Origin: Candidatus Methanoperedenaceae archaeon
GTDB lineage: Archaea > Halobacteriota > Methanosarcinia > Methanosarcinales > Methanoperedenaceae
DNA length: 64,000 bases
Assembly (NCBI GenBank): GCA_963753595.1
Contig: CAVWCX010000037.1
Location: forward strand, 1 to 64,000
Direction: 5' to 3'
Below are positions 40,155 through 51,541 of the stretch, one piece after another. The notes under the pieces were generated by a model that worked only from the letters and a program-made list of their open reading frames with translations, was not told the DNA's origin and did no database searches. Made by a program: the position numbers and the translations under genes. Each line of letters begins with the position of its first letter. Within the stretch, counting starts at the first letter, position 1.

Positions 40155-40763
40155 ATGCTTGAAAATATCACGCGATTAATGGAAAAAGGAAATCCTGTAA
40201 GTATTCTTATTTCCAATGAAAAGGGCACGCAAAGTCCACTTTTATATTGTGAATTGGTACATAAAGCAAGGTTTGGTGAAATTTTTACAATCAAAAGTCA
40301 GGAGTGCAGGGTTTGTGAATATGTTTTCTGCAATACACAAAACTCACCAGGGGATTATTATAACAGTACTGGCAGGTACAAGGACAAGAAGGCTGCATCA
40401 AATGCTGTTTCTTCATTAAAAAGGTTTGAAATCAAGGGACGTTCAATACGGATAACGCCTTTTACGGGAGAAAAATTCGATGTCCTTATCCTTTACCTGA
40501 CCCCTTCCAGGGCGATGAGGATAATCCAGGCTTATGCATATCTTGAGGGTAAACAGGTTGAGATCAATACGGGGGGTATAGCATCAATTTGCAGCGATTG
40601 TACTGCATATCCATTGCGGGGAAAATTAAGTTTCTCTATGGGATGCAAAGGTTCAAGGAAGCATAGCAAATATGGAGATGATGAGGTCATTGTAGGGATC
40701 CCTTTTGAATTGGCAAAAGATATCGATGAAGCTCTTGGAAAAATCCCTGAGACTCTTTCATGA
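40155..40763 (+). CDS. DUF169 family protein
   Basis: YCELVHKAR, SICSDC, SMGCKGSR, VGIP. Confidence 0.8.
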   Translation: MLENITRLMEKGNPVSILISNEKGTQSPLLYCELVHKARFGEIFTIKSQECRVCEYVFCNTQNSPGDYYNSTGRYKDKKAASNAVSSLKRFEIKGRSIRITPFTGEKFDVLILYLTPSRAMRIIQAYAYLEGKQVEINTGGIASICSDCTAYPLRGKLSFSMGCKGSRKHSKYGDDEVIVGIPFELAKDIDEALGKIPETLS

Positions 40764-40808
40764 ATTGATACGTAACCTAAATAATACCAGGACACTTATC
40801 ACAGTTCC

Positions 40809-41063
40809 ATGGAAGTCCTTGCAGAGTTTGAATTCAATGCCGGTAATGTTACCCGCATAATCTATGAAGCATTACTTCCAGAACTTGACCAGGATTACCA
40901 GCGCACCAGGACATCACTTGTGCTAAAGGGCGATGCGCTTGTTTTAAAAGTTGAGGCAAATGACACAGTTTCGATGAGGGCTGCCTTGAATGGGTGGCTG
41001 CGGCTTATAAAAATCACATACGAGATGTGTTCTTTAACCTCAGATACACAAGTTATAAATTGA
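40809..41063 (+). CDS. pcc1: KEOPS complex subunit Pcc1
   Basis: IYEALLPE..ANDTVSMRAALNGWLRL; upstream of pfdB. Confidence 0.85.
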   Translation: MEVLAEFEFNAGNVTRIIYEALLPELDQDYQRTRTSLVLKGDALVLKVEANDTVSMRAALNGWLRLIKITYEMCSLTSDTQVIN

Positions 41064-41101
41064 GGATATACAATACTACACCAGATTTACAGGTGAATTA
41101 C

Positions 41102-41458
41102 ATGAGTTCAGAATTACCCCCACAAATTCAAAACCAGGTTGCACAGTTGCAGCAGATACAGCAGCAGGCTCAAGCCCTGGCCGCCCAGAAGAACCAGATC
41201 GAGATCAATTTAAAAGAAACAGAACTGGCTTTAGCAGAAATTGAAAAACTCGATGATAGTGCTGTAGTCTACAGGGCTATCGGAGATTTGCTCATTAAAA
41301 CCGAACTTGAAAAAACGAAAAATGCCCTCGTTGAGAAAAAAGATACGCTTGGCCTGCGCGCAGAGACCATTGCACGGCAGGAAGAACGCATCCAGAAAAG
41401 GTTCCAGCAATTACAGGAGCAGCTTAAACAGGCTATCGGTAATCCGGTCGCCAAGTAA
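41102..41458 (+). CDS. pfdB: Prefoldin beta subunit
   Basis: MSSELPPQIQNQ..VYRAIGDLLI coiled coil. Confidence 0.92.
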   Translation: MSSELPPQIQNQVAQLQQIQQQAQALAAQKNQIEINLKETELALAEIEKLDDSAVVYRAIGDLLIKTELEKTKNALVEKKDTLGLRAETIARQEERIQKRFQQLQEQLKQAIGNPVAK

Positions 41459-41460
41459 TT

Positions 41461-42411
41461 ATGGAGTTAGACGAATCTGAATTCTATAATCAACTGCTGG
41501 ATTACAACAACATTCTTTATTTATGTCACAGGAACGCGGATCCTGATGCCCTGGGAAGCGCATTTGCGTTAAAAGAAGCGATCGGGGGAACCATTGGGGT
41601 TGTTGACGGATGCGACAGGGTTGCATCCCAGATCGCCGGCCAGTTGAATATAGAATATGTACTTTCACCAAAGGGGGACTTTGACTTTGTGGTGGTTGTG
41701 GATACATCCACGCCTGCCCAGCTGAATGGGTTTCCATTAAAGTCTTATGCTGTTATTGACCATCATGCGACCTCATCACTTTCTGATAATTCAGCTTTTT
41801 ATCTTCACCGCAATAAAAGTTCAACTGCCGAGATCGTTCTTGAAGTATTAAAAAAAATGGGCGCGCCCATTATGCGGCGAACTGCTTTTGCCCTGCTATC
41901 AGGAATTATAACAGATACAGGTAACTTCAGGCATGCAAACTCTGATTCATTCAAAGCCGTTGCTGAACTTATGGATCTTAGTGGCATAGAGTACAATGAA
42001 GTTATTGATCTTCTCTCTTCAGTTCCGCAGGACGTGTCAATGAGAATTGCCTTCTTAAAAGCAGCTCAGCGCTCGATCATAGAACGAGTGGATGACTGGA
42101 TAATCGTTTCATCGCATGTGAATTCTTTCGGGGGTGCAGCGGCCTCAAGTCTAGTCTCAATAGGCGCAGACGTTGCATTTGTAGGTGCAAAAAGGGATGA
42201 TGTTGTAAAAGTGAGCGGCAGGGCAAGAAGGGAAATACAGAATGCGGGCATAAACCTTGCAAAATTGATGGAAGATATCAGCGCCAAATTCAATGGGACT
42301 GGCGGCGGTCATGAAGGCGCAGCCGGAATGGACGCATCAGGGGATGTAGAAACCATTCTCACAGCATGTGTTGGGTATGCAAGAGATTCAATTACAAAAA
42401 AAGAGCATTAA
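41461..42411 (+). CDS. DHH family phosphoesterase
   Basis: HRNADPDA, IDHH, TDTG, GGGHEGAAG. Confidence 0.9.
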   Translation: MELDESEFYNQLLDYNNILYLCHRNADPDALGSAFALKEAIGGTIGVVDGCDRVASQIAGQLNIEYVLSPKGDFDFVVVVDTSTPAQLNGFPLKSYAVIDHHATSSLSDNSAFYLHRNKSSTAEIVLEVLKKMGAPIMRRTAFALLSGIITDTGNFRHANSDSFKAVAELMDLSGIEYNEVIDLLSSVPQDVSMRIAFLKAAQRSIIERVDDWIIVSSHVNSFGGAAASSLVSIGADVAFVGAKRDDVVKVSGRARREIQNAGINLAKLMEDISAKFNGTGGGHEGAAGMDASGDVETILTACVGYARDSITKKEH

Positions 42412-42423
42412 TAGGATTTGATC

Positions 42424-42798
42424 TCAATCCTCTTCATTATCTTCTTCATCTTCATCTTTTCCCGCTTCAAGCAGCAATTCGCCATATATTAATTTTTCAA
42501 TGATCTGGGAAACAAAAAGACGCTTATGGTATTTTTCGATGTCTTCATTCAGGTGAAGCTGCGAATCGATCTGTACCCTTAGCAATACGAACCTGAATTT
42601 TTCAAGGTCTTCGATTTCCAGAGATTTTATGATCTCCAGAAAATATGGCAATTTATCAGGCTCATCCACGACTTGCGCTATGACCAGAATATTATCATGG
42701 ATTTTTTCAATATCCACTTCCACCTGGCCTGTAAGAAGTCCTAATGTTTTCAATGAATATTTTATATCCTTAAAAAAAATAATATCCATAATAACCAC
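42424..42798 (-). CDS. Hypothetical protein with acidic tail
   Basis: Protein-like ORF filling the gap between DHH and trmI. Confidence 0.65.
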   Translation of the reverse strand: MVIMDIIFFKDIKYSLKTLGLLTGQVEVDIEKIHDNILVIAQVVDEPDKLPYFLEIIKSLEIEDLEKFRFVLLRVQIDSQLHLNEDIEKYHKRLFVSQIIEKLIYGELLLEAGKDEDEEDNEED

Positions 42799-42842
42799 GT
42801 ATTCTATATCTAATAAGTCCTATATTACCCCAGCGGAGAAAA

Positions 42843-43586
42843 ATGGACACACCCGTAATCTTAAAAATATTCCACAAAGGAAAGATGAAAGAGTATTTTG
42901 TTAAGCCTGAGGGCGAAATGCATACTGATCTTGGGATAATAAAACTTGATGAACTTAAAACGAAAAACTTTGGAGATAAAATAAATTCCCATCTGGGCGC
43001 GGAATTTGTCATCCAGAAACCCCGGGCGCCTGATTTTTTTATTCATGCCAAACGCAGCGGGGCTCCCATGATGCCAAAAGATATCGGAGTAATTATTTCA
43101 AACACGGGTCTTTGTTCCTCGGATCATGTACTTGATGCGGGAACAGGTTCCGGGATACTTGCAATATATCTTGGCGGTATTGCAAAAAAGGTAATAACGT
43201 ATGAAGTGAGAGAGGAATTCGTGGAAATAGCGCGGAATAATATTGCCCTCACAGGACTGTTGAACATAGAATGCCGGCATGGAGATATTGTTGAAGAGAT
43301 CCGTAAATTGGATGAAAGATTTGATGTTATAACACTTGATACTATTGCCGCTGCCCGGGTGATCCCATATGTCCCTGATGTCATTTATCCAGGTGGTTTC
43401 CTTGTCACATATTCACCTTTTTTCGAGCAGGCAAAAGAGATCCGGGAAGCCATTGGAAAAACGAATTATATAGATGTCATGACGATAGAGACCCTGGAAC
43501 GCGAGATATCCTTCACGGACAGGGGAACACGGCCTGCAACCGCCAGGGTAGGCCACACAGGTTTTATTACAATAGCCAGATATTGA
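42843..43586 (+). CDS. trmI: tRNA (adenine-N1)-methyltransferase
   Basis: HTDLG, PKD, DAGTGSG, TRP..VGHTGF. Confidence 0.88.
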   Translation: MDTPVILKIFHKGKMKEYFVKPEGEMHTDLGIIKLDELKTKNFGDKINSHLGAEFVIQKPRAPDFFIHAKRSGAPMMPKDIGVIISNTGLCSSDHVLDAGTGSGILAIYLGGIAKKVITYEVREEFVEIARNNIALTGLLNIECRHGDIVEEIRKLDERFDVITLDTIAAARVIPYVPDVIYPGGFLVTYSPFFEQAKEIREAIGKTNYIDVMTIETLEREISFTDRGTRPATARVGHTGFITIARY

Positions 43587-43885
43587 TCATTATTTTTGTA
43601 ATCAAAAGATTTTTTATGTTTATAATATAAAGATAATACCAGATGAAATAGAAAAAACTGAAATAAATAATAATAAAGTTTAAAAACCCATTAAAACCCA
43701 AATATTATTGAAGTGTTTATAATAATATCTATTGTATATAAATAATAGGGGACCCGTTCCTATTGGATTATTACATCCGGCCAGGATAATTGTTTTTTTT
43801 GATAGCTCCTCTGCCACTACATTTCAAATCGAAAAACTAAATAGAACAGTAAATCTTAATACCTATGTTATTGTTCATGTAAAGG

Positions 43886-45019
43886 ATGAGACTTGTCTTT
43901 ATCTGCATATTTTTGATATTAGGAGCAAATATAGCAGCAGCGCAGTCTATAATAACAGTTGATGTTAACGAAAGTGGAGATGCGGTATGGACCATGGAAA
44001 AGTTTTTCCCTCTTTCACAATCAGATTTAGGTCAATGGGAGAGTGCAATAAAGACGGGCCAGAACATGTCCAAATATCGAAATATATCTGAATATGAGGT
44101 TATTATCAAATCATTTCAGGATTCGGCAATCAATTTCTCAAACCGCACAATGGAAGTTGAAAATTTCAGTATTACATACGATACGAGAAAAACACTTTCA
44201 GATGGGCTTGGAATAATAAGATATACTTTCAAATGGAAAAATTTTTCATACAATGATTCAGAAAAAATATTTATAGGCGATGCCTTTCCGGGCAATGTAC
44301 TCCTCCTATCGCCTGATAACCAGCTTATAATCAAAATACCTGAAGGATATGAAGCAACAAATGCAACACCTGAATATGATAAAAAAAATGGGAACTTGTT
44401 GATATGGGATGGGACTTTATATAACAATTTCAGCAACGGAGAACCATTTATTGTCCTCTCCCGCCAGAACCTGACCGTATCAAGTACAGGAAATGAAATT
44501 GAATCATGGATAGCAAAATGGCATATTTTGGAGATAGTCATATTTTTCATCTCTATTATAGCAGTAGCGGCTTTTTTTAGATTATGGAAAAAAAAGCGTT
44601 CAGGAACTGTATCCACAGCAGAAATGGTATCTCAGATGCCAAAAGAGATGCTTCATGAAATTTCTGAAATCCCTGAAGTATGGACAAAAATTGTTACTTC
44701 TGTCCAGAATGAATTTGGAAATGAATCCATTGAAGAATTGGAGAAGGCAGCAAGAGAACAAAGAATGAAAAACATGGGGCTTAATCCCAATATTCCACTT
44801 TCCGAATTGGCAAAAGAAGATCTGGAAGATGAGGAGATGGTAAAACAATTCCTTCTCAGGTCCGGCGGGCAGGCATATCAAACTGATATTGTTGAACACA
44901 GCGGACTATCAAAATCCAAGATCAGCATGGTTCTTTCCAAAATGAAAGACGATGGCATGATAATAAAGATAAGAAAGGGCAAAGAGAACCTGATAAGGCT
45001 GGTTAATCATCAAGTATAA
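43886..45019 (+). CDS. Membrane-anchored wHTH transcriptional regulator-like protein
   Basis: Signal peptide, extracellular domain, TM, then GG.AYQTDIV..LSKSKIS..KGKENLI. Confidence 0.78.
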   Translation: MRLVFICIFLILGANIAAAQSIITVDVNESGDAVWTMEKFFPLSQSDLGQWESAIKTGQNMSKYRNISEYEVIIKSFQDSAINFSNRTMEVENFSITYDTRKTLSDGLGIIRYTFKWKNFSYNDSEKIFIGDAFPGNVLLLSPDNQLIIKIPEGYEATNATPEYDKKNGNLLIWDGTLYNNFSNGEPFIVLSRQNLTVSSTGNEIESWIAKWHILEIVIFFISIIAVAAFFRLWKKKRSGTVSTAEMVSQMPKEMLHEISEIPEVWTKIVTSVQNEFGNESIEELEKAAREQRMKNMGLNPNIPLSELAKEDLEDEEMVKQFLLRSGGQAYQTDIVEHSGLSKSKISMVLSKMKDDGMIIKIRKGKENLIRLVNHQV

Positions 45020-45448
45020 ATGGAAATTATGAAAATATTCTTTGCTGGTTCCATCAGGGGAGGGCGGGGTATGCTGCCGGTGTACATCCGGATAATAGAA
45101 ATGCTCAAAATGCAGGGACATACGGTCGTTAGCGAACATGTAGCGTCTGAAGTTCTTGAGGAAATTGAAGCAAAAATAACTGATGAAGAAATATTCGATA
45201 ACGATACAGGATATATTGACGAGTGCGAATGTCTGGTGGCTGAGGTAACGATCCCCTCGATCGGTGTTGGTTATGAGATAGGTTATGCGGTTATGCAAGG
45301 CAAACAAGTTCTTTGCATTTACAGGGAGGATGCGAATATTTCAGCAATGGTGCGGGGGAACAGGCGGATCATATCGGTTCCATATAAGAATATGGAGGAA
45401 TTGGAACATATCTTCACTACGTATATGCAATTAAAAATCAAACAATGA
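45020..45448 (+). CDS. Nucleoside 2-deoxyribosyltransferase / DNPH1-like N-glycosidase
   Basis: FFAGSIRGGR, AEVTIPSIGVGYE, SAMVRG. Confidence 0.85.
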   Translation: MEIMKIFFAGSIRGGRGMLPVYIRIIEMLKMQGHTVVSEHVASEVLEEIEAKITDEEIFDNDTGYIDECECLVAEVTIPSIGVGYEIGYAVMQGKQVLCIYREDANISAMVRGNRRIISVPYKNMEELEHIFTTYMQLKIKQ

Positions 45449-46873
45449 GCTTTGGGCTTTGCTTTCCTTCTTGACAGGTTCCGGTTCTTTCTTTCCTGGT
45501 TCTTGATTTTCTGATTTTTTGTTTTCCGATCCAGGATCTTGATTTTTCTGTACACTTACCCCGAATCCTCCAAACAGTTCAACCTCATGCTCCGTTTCTT
45601 TTTCAATCAAAAGTTGTGCGCTTTCATATATTTTCTGGACCTTCTTTGTAACAGTCTTTGATTCGATTAGATATGCAATTTCTTCAGGTTCAAGTCCTAA
45701 TAAAGCGCTGACCCGGGGAGCGTATTCGTCATCTTTCATCAGGGTCATGAAAAACGGGAACAACTGTGAACGGGTAAAACTCATGGAAATATGGCAATGT
45801 GTGCCAATTTTTTTTGCAGTAGAATCCCGGACCCCCCTCATCCCTTTTGTCTGCCCGAGCTTTCTCCATAAAGACGGCGGCTGGTATTTTACAAATCCGC
45901 TGTAGCGATGGGTTCTTGCGACCATGACACCGGAGGTCATAAGTACGCTGGCGTATCTCCACATATTGTAATTCTGCCTTATTTTCACCCTCCCGAGAAA
46001 AACCGTTGCTTTTCCAAGATAATGATACCCCTGGGCAAGGTCATTTGGCGAGGTATATTCAAGAGGAAGATTCTCATCCATCCACTGTATCAGATCATCC
46101 GGGTTCTCATCAAGATGATATGCTGCATCATGAGCCTGCCTAATATTTGTGCTTTTAAAGATTTTTCCAAGAAACTTAAAGATGTTTTCCTTATTATCCC
46201 TTTCACCGGTAATTATATCCTCGACCTGGATCGAGGGCTTACCCTGGGCGATAGCCTGGAGGTCATTTATCGCGCTTCGGATATCACCATTCGCATTTTC
46301 AGCTATTTTCTCAATAACTCCCAGTGCGCATTTTATTCCTTCAGCCTCAACGATTTTCTTTAGCGCCGGGATCATGGAACGCGACATCACGGAATTGAAT
46401 TGGACGGGTTTACAGGCAGTTCTAAGGCCCGGAGACATATCATAAAGTTCATTTGCTATAAGAATGATGGGCTGGCTTGTTTTCTTGATCAGTTCCACAA
46501 TTGCCCGTTCACCTCCCCGGTCAGCTGTGCCGTGTATGTTGTCTGCTTCGTCCATGATGATAAGCCGTTTTATTCCGCTTCCATCCAGTGTCCCCATCCT
46601 GGAAGCTGACCCTGCAACCCTGTCTATGACATCCGCTGTGCGCTGGTCGCTTGCATTTAGCTCAATGACTTCCCAGCCCATCTCCCTGGCAAGAGCATGA
46701 GCTGTTGTAGTTTTACCTATTCCTGCCCTTCCATATAACACAACAGCCCTGTTTTCCGGAATTCCGCGCATCCAGGACTCGGCCCATGCTTTTAGCTCCT
46801 CTACGGGCTTAGTGTGTCCTACAACGGCAGATAAGGTCTTTGGGCGGTATTTTTCAGTCCAGTCAAGGGTCAT
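45431..46873 (-). CDS. rfcL: Replication factor C large subunit
   Basis: WTEKYRP, GIGKT, ELNASDQR, DEAD, GDIRSAINDLQ. Confidence 0.95.
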   Translation of the reverse strand: MTLDWTEKYRPKTLSAVVGHTKPVEELKAWAESWMRGIPENRAVVLYGRAGIGKTTTAHALAREMGWEVIELNASDQRTADVIDRVAGSASRMGTLDGSGIKRLIIMDEADNIHGTADRGGERAIVELIKKTSQPIILIANELYDMSPGLRTACKPVQFNSVMSRSMIPALKKIVEAEGIKCALGVIEKIAENANGDIRSAINDLQAIAQGKPSIQVEDIITGERDNKENIFKFLGKIFKSTNIRQAHDAAYHLDENPDDLIQWMDENLPLEYTSPNDLAQGYHYLGKATVFLGRVKIRQNYNMWRYASVLMTSGVMVARTHRYSGFVKYQPPSLWRKLGQTKGMRGVRDSTAKKIGTHCHISMSFTRSQLFPFFMTLMKDDEYAPRVSALLGLEPEEIAYLIESKTVTKKVQKIYESAQLLIEKETEHEVELFGGFGVSVQKNQDPGSENKKSENQEPGKKEPEPVKKESKAQSSLFDF

Positions 46874-46924
46874 TGTTTACCTGTAGTTCAACTTATATTG
46901 CTTAAATACATATCTCTCATCAGA

Positions 46925-48013
46925 ATGAGACTTAATCTTATCCAGCTTTTTATTAATTCTTCCATAATGATGTCAAATCTATTTATCCCGATATTTGCAA
47001 GTGAATTACATGCAACAGGTACACAAATCGGTATAATAGGTGCCTGTTACGGGGCAGCGCTTTTTATTTCAACGTATATATTCAGCAGGGCGGCTGATAT
47101 CTATCCTCCAAAAACCCTTTTATATATCGGTTTTGTAAGTTCATCCATAACTTTTTTTGTCCAGATGTTTGCATACGACCCGGCCAGCCTTGCAATTTTA
47201 CGCGCTCTGGCAGGATTTAGCGCCGGTATTTATCCGGCAGTCCTTTTGCTATATGTTTATAACCTGAAGCGAAGCATCGGGAAATTCAGTTCATTCATGC
47301 CTCTTGGCTGGGCGCTTGGTAATCTGATGGCAGGAATAATAGCTGTCTATTCAGAGATTTTCACATTAGCTTCTCTTTTGTTTGCCGCATCGTTCCTGAT
47401 TACATTAACGCTTCCTGCGACCCAGCCGCCCTTTACAAAAAAGAAAACGGATTTTTTCTCATTTGACCTCCTGAAAAAAAACTGGAATATTTATTTTCCA
47501 TTTTTCATGCGACAAATTGGAGCAAATGCTGTCTGGTTGATTTTCCCTTTATATCTTGCAAGCCTTGGCGCAAATAAATTCTGGATAGGAATAATATATA
47601 TGTTGAATCCTTCGCTTCAATTCTTTATCATGAGACGGCTTGACAGATATGAAAATAAGTTCCTTGTTCATGCAGGCGATCTTCTTTCTGCGGCGGCTTT
47701 TCTTGCTTTGATACCATTAACCATTTTTTACCAGGCTGTTATTGGCCTTGCCCTGATCGCTTTTTCATATTCATTTCTTTATGTTGGTTCAACGAACGAG
47801 TTAATAAAAAATAATGAAGAAAAAGGAGCTGCTGCCGGACTTCTCAATTCATCCATAGCCCTTGCTTCGATCATAGGTTCATTCATGGGGGGCATCGTCC
47901 TTCAATATTACGGTTTCAGGGCTGTTATGGCAACAGGTGCTTTTTTTGCAATAATTGGTTATGTTGTCATGTTAATAAATGACAGGTCTCACATACCTCA
48001 AAAAAGTTCATGA
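46925..48013 (+). CDS. MFS transporter
   Basis: About 12 TM segments with an MFS-like pattern. Confidence 0.8.
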   Translation: MRLNLIQLFINSSIMMSNLFIPIFASELHATGTQIGIIGACYGAALFISTYIFSRAADIYPPKTLLYIGFVSSSITFFVQMFAYDPASLAILRALAGFSAGIYPAVLLLYVYNLKRSIGKFSSFMPLGWALGNLMAGIIAVYSEIFTLASLLFAASFLITLTLPATQPPFTKKKTDFFSFDLLKKNWNIYFPFFMRQIGANAVWLIFPLYLASLGANKFWIGIIYMLNPSLQFFIMRRLDRYENKFLVHAGDLLSAAAFLALIPLTIFYQAVIGLALIAFSYSFLYVGSTNELIKNNEEKGAAAGLLNSSIALASIIGSFMGGIVLQYYGFRAVMATGAFFAIIGYVVMLINDRSHIPQKSS

Positions 48014-48542
48014 GAAGCTCATTTCCTTTTTCAGTATGAGAGACTTCAGGATGCCACTGGACGCCATATAAGGGCTTTGTCGTGTGTTTCATAGCTTCTA
48101 CTTCACATATCTGCGAACGCGCAAGCCTGATAAAATCAGGCGGAAGCATAGATACTTCATCTGCATGGGATGCCCATACGTTAGTCTTTGGCCCAAGTCC
48201 TTTTAAGATATCGTTTTCCTCAATGATCTCTATTTCAATTGCAGCATATCCACCCGCAGCGCCTGTTCTCACTGCTCCGCCGTAAGTCTTGGCCATAACC
48301 TGGTGACCCAGGCAAATGCCAAGTATGGGAAGGTCAAGATCTTTGACATACATGCTGCAATTTCCTGCGCGTTCAAGTGTCGGGCCTCCGCTGAGTATCA
48401 ATCCGTCCGGTTCTTTTTCAAGGATCTCATCTATGGAAGAAGTATTTTTCATCAGCTCTACTTCCTGGTCAAGATCGCGTACGGCACGATGTATCAGGTG
48501 GCAGGTCTGGCCATAGTTATTGATGACGATGATTTTTACCAT
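47967..48542 (-). CDS. guaAA: GMP synthase glutamine amidotransferase subunit A
   Basis: LSGGP, GICLGHQ, SHADEV, QWHPEV. Confidence 0.92.
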   Translation of the reverse strand: MVKIIVINNYGQTCHLIHRAVRDLDQEVELMKNTSSIDEILEKEPDGLILSGGPTLERAGNCSMYVKDLDLPILGICLGHQVMAKTYGGAVRTGAAGGYAAIEIEIIEENDILKGLGPKTNVWASHADEVSMLPPDFIRLARSQICEVEAMKHTTKPLYGVQWHPEVSHTEKGNELLMNFFEVCETCHLLT

Positions 48543-48574
48543 TTCATGTGAAATTGTTTTTTGGTTTTAAAAAT

Positions 48575-48760
48575 TTATTTATCCGGGATTTCCGCCAGCT
48601 TTAATCCTACCAGTCCCATTATAATAATAAAAAACAGCAATGACGCGCTATATCCGAATCCTGCTGATGACTTCAATAATATTTTTGATGCCGCGATCAA
48701 AATAATAAAAATCACAACTGACCCCAGGGCCAGTATGATCTCAAGAGATTTTTTATTCAT
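48575..48760 (-). CDS. Small two-TM membrane protein
   Basis: Overlaps the serA stop; hydrophobic. Confidence 0.7.
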   Translation of the reverse strand: MNKKSLEIILALGSVVIFIILIAASKILLKSSAGFGYSASLLFFIIIMGLVGLKLAEIPDK

Positions 48761-50337
48761 AGCACCACAAGTTTTGCATCAATTATGCCGGAAACGGCTT
48801 TGATATCATCAAGGATCGCTTCATCCACTTCGCTATCGATATTCAGGACCATTATTGCTTCGCTGCCGATGGCTATCCTTCCAACCTGCATCCCTGCGAT
48901 ATTGATATTGTTCTTACCCAGTATCATGCAGCAAGGCCCGATGATATTGGGATGGTCTTCGTGTCTTGCAACTATCATATATTTTGAGGGAACTACATCG
49001 ATCCTGTATTCGTCGATCTGCACTATGCGCGGCTCTTTTCCGACGATGGTGCCGCTTACGATTTTTTCCTCTCCCTTCTTCGTCAGTTTCACTGCGATCT
49101 GGCTGGAATATCCCTGGTTCGTCTTGGATTTGCTTTCGATTACCTTTATCTTTCGCTCTTTTGCTATGGTCGGGGCATTTACGTAATTTACTCCCGGACC
49201 AAGAACAGGTTCAAGCAGACCTTTTAATACTGCAAGTGTCAAAGGGGCCACATTATGCTCTGCGATTTCACCGCAGTATGAAATTTCTACTTTTTCATAA
49301 TTGCTACCGATAAGATACATACAGAGTTTTCCGATTTTCTCTGCAAGAGGGAAATAAGGCTCAAGAACCTGCATGGCATCGGGTTTTATATATGGCATGT
49401 TGATGGCGTTCTTCACCGGAAGGCCTTTTAAGGAATTGACGATCTGCTCGGCGACAGAGATGGCAACATTGATCTGGGCTTCTTCTGTGGAAGCGCCAAG
49501 GTGCGGCGTCATAATAACACGGTCAAGTTCTATAAGGGGGCTGTCAAAAGGCGGCTCTGTCACGAAAACATCGATCGCTGCACCGCTTACGACACCATCT
49601 TTCACTGCTTTTGCAAGCGCTTCTTCATTAATGATGCCTCCTCTTGCGCAATTGATAACGCGTGCCCCCTTCTTCATAACAGCGAATTCCTTTGTGCTGA
49701 TAAGGTCTTTTGTTTCTTTTGTGAGGGGTGTATGTACAGTAATATAATCTGCGCGTTTAACGATGTCTATGACAGTTGTAAGCTCAACACCGAGTTCATT
49801 AGCCCTCTCAGGAGATATAAAAGGGTCATAAGCAAGTATATTCATTTCCATTCCCTGGGCGCGTTTTGCCACTTCTGCCCCTATCCTTCCAAGGCCAACA
49901 ACCCCGAGTGTTTTTCCCCTGACCTCGACTCCCATGAATTTTTTCCGGTCCCATTTCTTGCTTTTTAATGATGCGTTTGCCTGCGGGATGTTCCTTGACA
50001 TTGCCATCATCATGGCTACTGTGTGCTCAGCGGCTGAAATGGTATTGCCTTCCGGGGCATTAACTACTATTATTCCCCGCTCTGTGGCTGCATTAACATC
50101 AATATTATCCACACCAACGCCGGCTCGCCCAATAATTTTTAATTTTTTACCGGCATTGATAACATCTTTTGTAACTTGCGTTTCGCTTCGGACAATGAGG
50201 GCTTCATAATTACCTATCTTTGCGATCAGTTGATCGGGTTTAAGTCCGGTCGCAATGTCAACATCAAATTCTTTTTTTAATATCTCGACACCCTGGTCGG
50301 ATATGGGGTCGCTTACAAGTATCTTCAAGATTATCAC
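48757..50337 (-). CDS. serA: D-3-phosphoglycerate dehydrogenase
   Basis: GRAGVGVDNID, GLGRIG, TPHLGAST, C-terminal ACT domain. Confidence 0.95.
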   Translation of the reverse strand: MIILKILVSDPISDQGVEILKKEFDVDIATGLKPDQLIAKIGNYEALIVRSETQVTKDVINAGKKLKIIGRAGVGVDNIDVNAATERGIIVVNAPEGNTISAAEHTVAMMMAMSRNIPQANASLKSKKWDRKKFMGVEVRGKTLGVVGLGRIGAEVAKRAQGMEMNILAYDPFISPERANELGVELTTVIDIVKRADYITVHTPLTKETKDLISTKEFAVMKKGARVINCARGGIINEEALAKAVKDGVVSGAAIDVFVTEPPFDSPLIELDRVIMTPHLGASTEEAQINVAISVAEQIVNSLKGLPVKNAINMPYIKPDAMQVLEPYFPLAEKIGKLCMYLIGSNYEKVEISYCGEIAEHNVAPLTLAVLKGLLEPVLGPGVNYVNAPTIAKERKIKVIESKSKTNQGYSSQIAVKLTKKGEEKIVSGTIVGKEPRIVQIDEYRIDVVPSKYMIVARHEDHPNIIGPCCMILGKNNINIAGMQVGRIAIGSEAIMVLNIDSEVDEAILDDIKAVSGIIDAKLVVL

Positions 50338-50414
50338 CAGATAAATCGGTTTAATTGGACTATTAGCATTTCAGCTTTTCGTTAAAGCTTAGATATTTCA
50401 GGTTTGAAGGTCAA

Positions 50415-51146
50415 GTGAAAGCCATGTCAAATCCTCCAACGATCGGGAATGAGCCAGAAAAACCCGCAAAGCCATTCGTTTTTATCAACGCGGCCATGAG
50501 CGCTGACGGCAAAATAGCCACAAGGGAAAGAAGGCAGACCCGGATATCAGGAAACCTGGATTTTGACCGCATGGATGAACTCAGGGCATCATCTGATGCT
50601 ATTATGGTGGGAATCGGGACGGTAATTTCAGATAATCCGAGCCTTACTGTGAAATCAAAAGACAGGAAAGATAAAAGGCGTGCCCTGGGACTTTCGGAAA
50701 ATCCCGTGAGAATAGTTGTTGACAGCATGGCAAGAACACCACTTGATGCAGATATTTTTAAAAAAGGTGAAGGTAAACGCATAATCGCTGTTTCTGAAAT
50801 TGCGCCGCCTGATAAAGTCCGGAAGCTTTCTGAGCTTGCAGATATAATTTGTAAGGGTGAAAACAACGTTGACCTTGTCAAACTTCTTTTTGAATTAAAG
50901 AAGCGGGGTATCAATCGTTTGATGGTCGAGGGGGGTGCGACATTGAACTGGGGGTTGATTTCAAATGAGCTTGTGGATGAGGTTTATACTTTTGTCGGGA
51001 ATATCATAATCGGAGGTAAAACCGCCCCGACTCTTGTGGATGGTGAAGGATATGCATCTGATTTTTGCAGGCTGTCCCTTATCTCAGGCGAGAAAGTGGA
51101 AGATGGCGTTCTTATAAAATGGAAAGTCCGGTTGTTACACCAATAG
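50415..51146 (+). CDS. 2,5-diamino-6-(ribosylamino)-4(3H)-pyrimidinone 5'-phosphate reductase
   Basis: AMSADGKI, VGIGTV.DNPSL, VEGGA. Confidence 0.9.
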   Translation: MKAMSNPPTIGNEPEKPAKPFVFINAAMSADGKIATRERRQTRISGNLDFDRMDELRASSDAIMVGIGTVISDNPSLTVKSKDRKDKRRALGLSENPVRIVVDSMARTPLDADIFKKGEGKRIIAVSEIAPPDKVRKLSELADIICKGENNVDLVKLLFELKKRGINRLMVEGGATLNWGLISNELVDEVYTFVGNIIIGGKTAPTLVDGEGYASDFCRLSLISGEKVEDGVLIKWKVRLLHQ

Positions 51147-51178
51147 TAACCTTTAATACCCTTTACGTTATTTGTAAA
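51134..51178 (+). promoter_or_regulatory. Two TTAC-N7-GTAA palindromes flanking a TATA box (putative BlaI-type operators)
   Basis: GTTAC-N7-GTAAC at 51134-51150; TTTAATA at 51152-51158; TTTAC-N7-GTAAA at 51162-51178; ATG at 51182. Confidence 0.6.
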
Positions 51179-51181
51179 CAT

Positions 51182-51541
51182 ATGGTTAAGCTCGATCAGA
51201 TCAATATTTCAAATGACGGTCTCACAAAATTTTTCAGTCCTATAGAGGCCGCAATACTCCGGGCATTATGGAGTGAAGGGGAAATGACAACATCAGAGCT
51301 GACTGGAAAGACAAATATTCCATTGACAAGTGTTGCAGGTACTCTTGACAGGCTTGTGAAGGCAGGATATACGACACGGAAAACTGAGACTATTAATGGA
51401 AGAGTAAGATACGTTTATGAACCGGTCTTTTCAGAAGAAGAAGCGGCCAGCGAGATCACAACAAAAATACTTGACAGCCTCGTACAGGCATTCGGTCCCC
51501 TTGCGGTTGAGAACTTTTCAAAATACAGTGATAAAAAATGA
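51182..51541 (+). CDS. BlaI/MecI/CopY-family repressor
   Basis: SPIEAAILRALW..TSVAGTLDRLVKAG..YVYEP. Confidence 0.85.
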   Translation: MVKLDQINISNDGLTKFFSPIEAAILRALWSEGEMTTSELTGKTNIPLTSVAGTLDRLVKAGYTTRKTETINGRVRYVYEPVFSEEEAASEITTKILDSLVQAFGPLAVENFSKYSDKK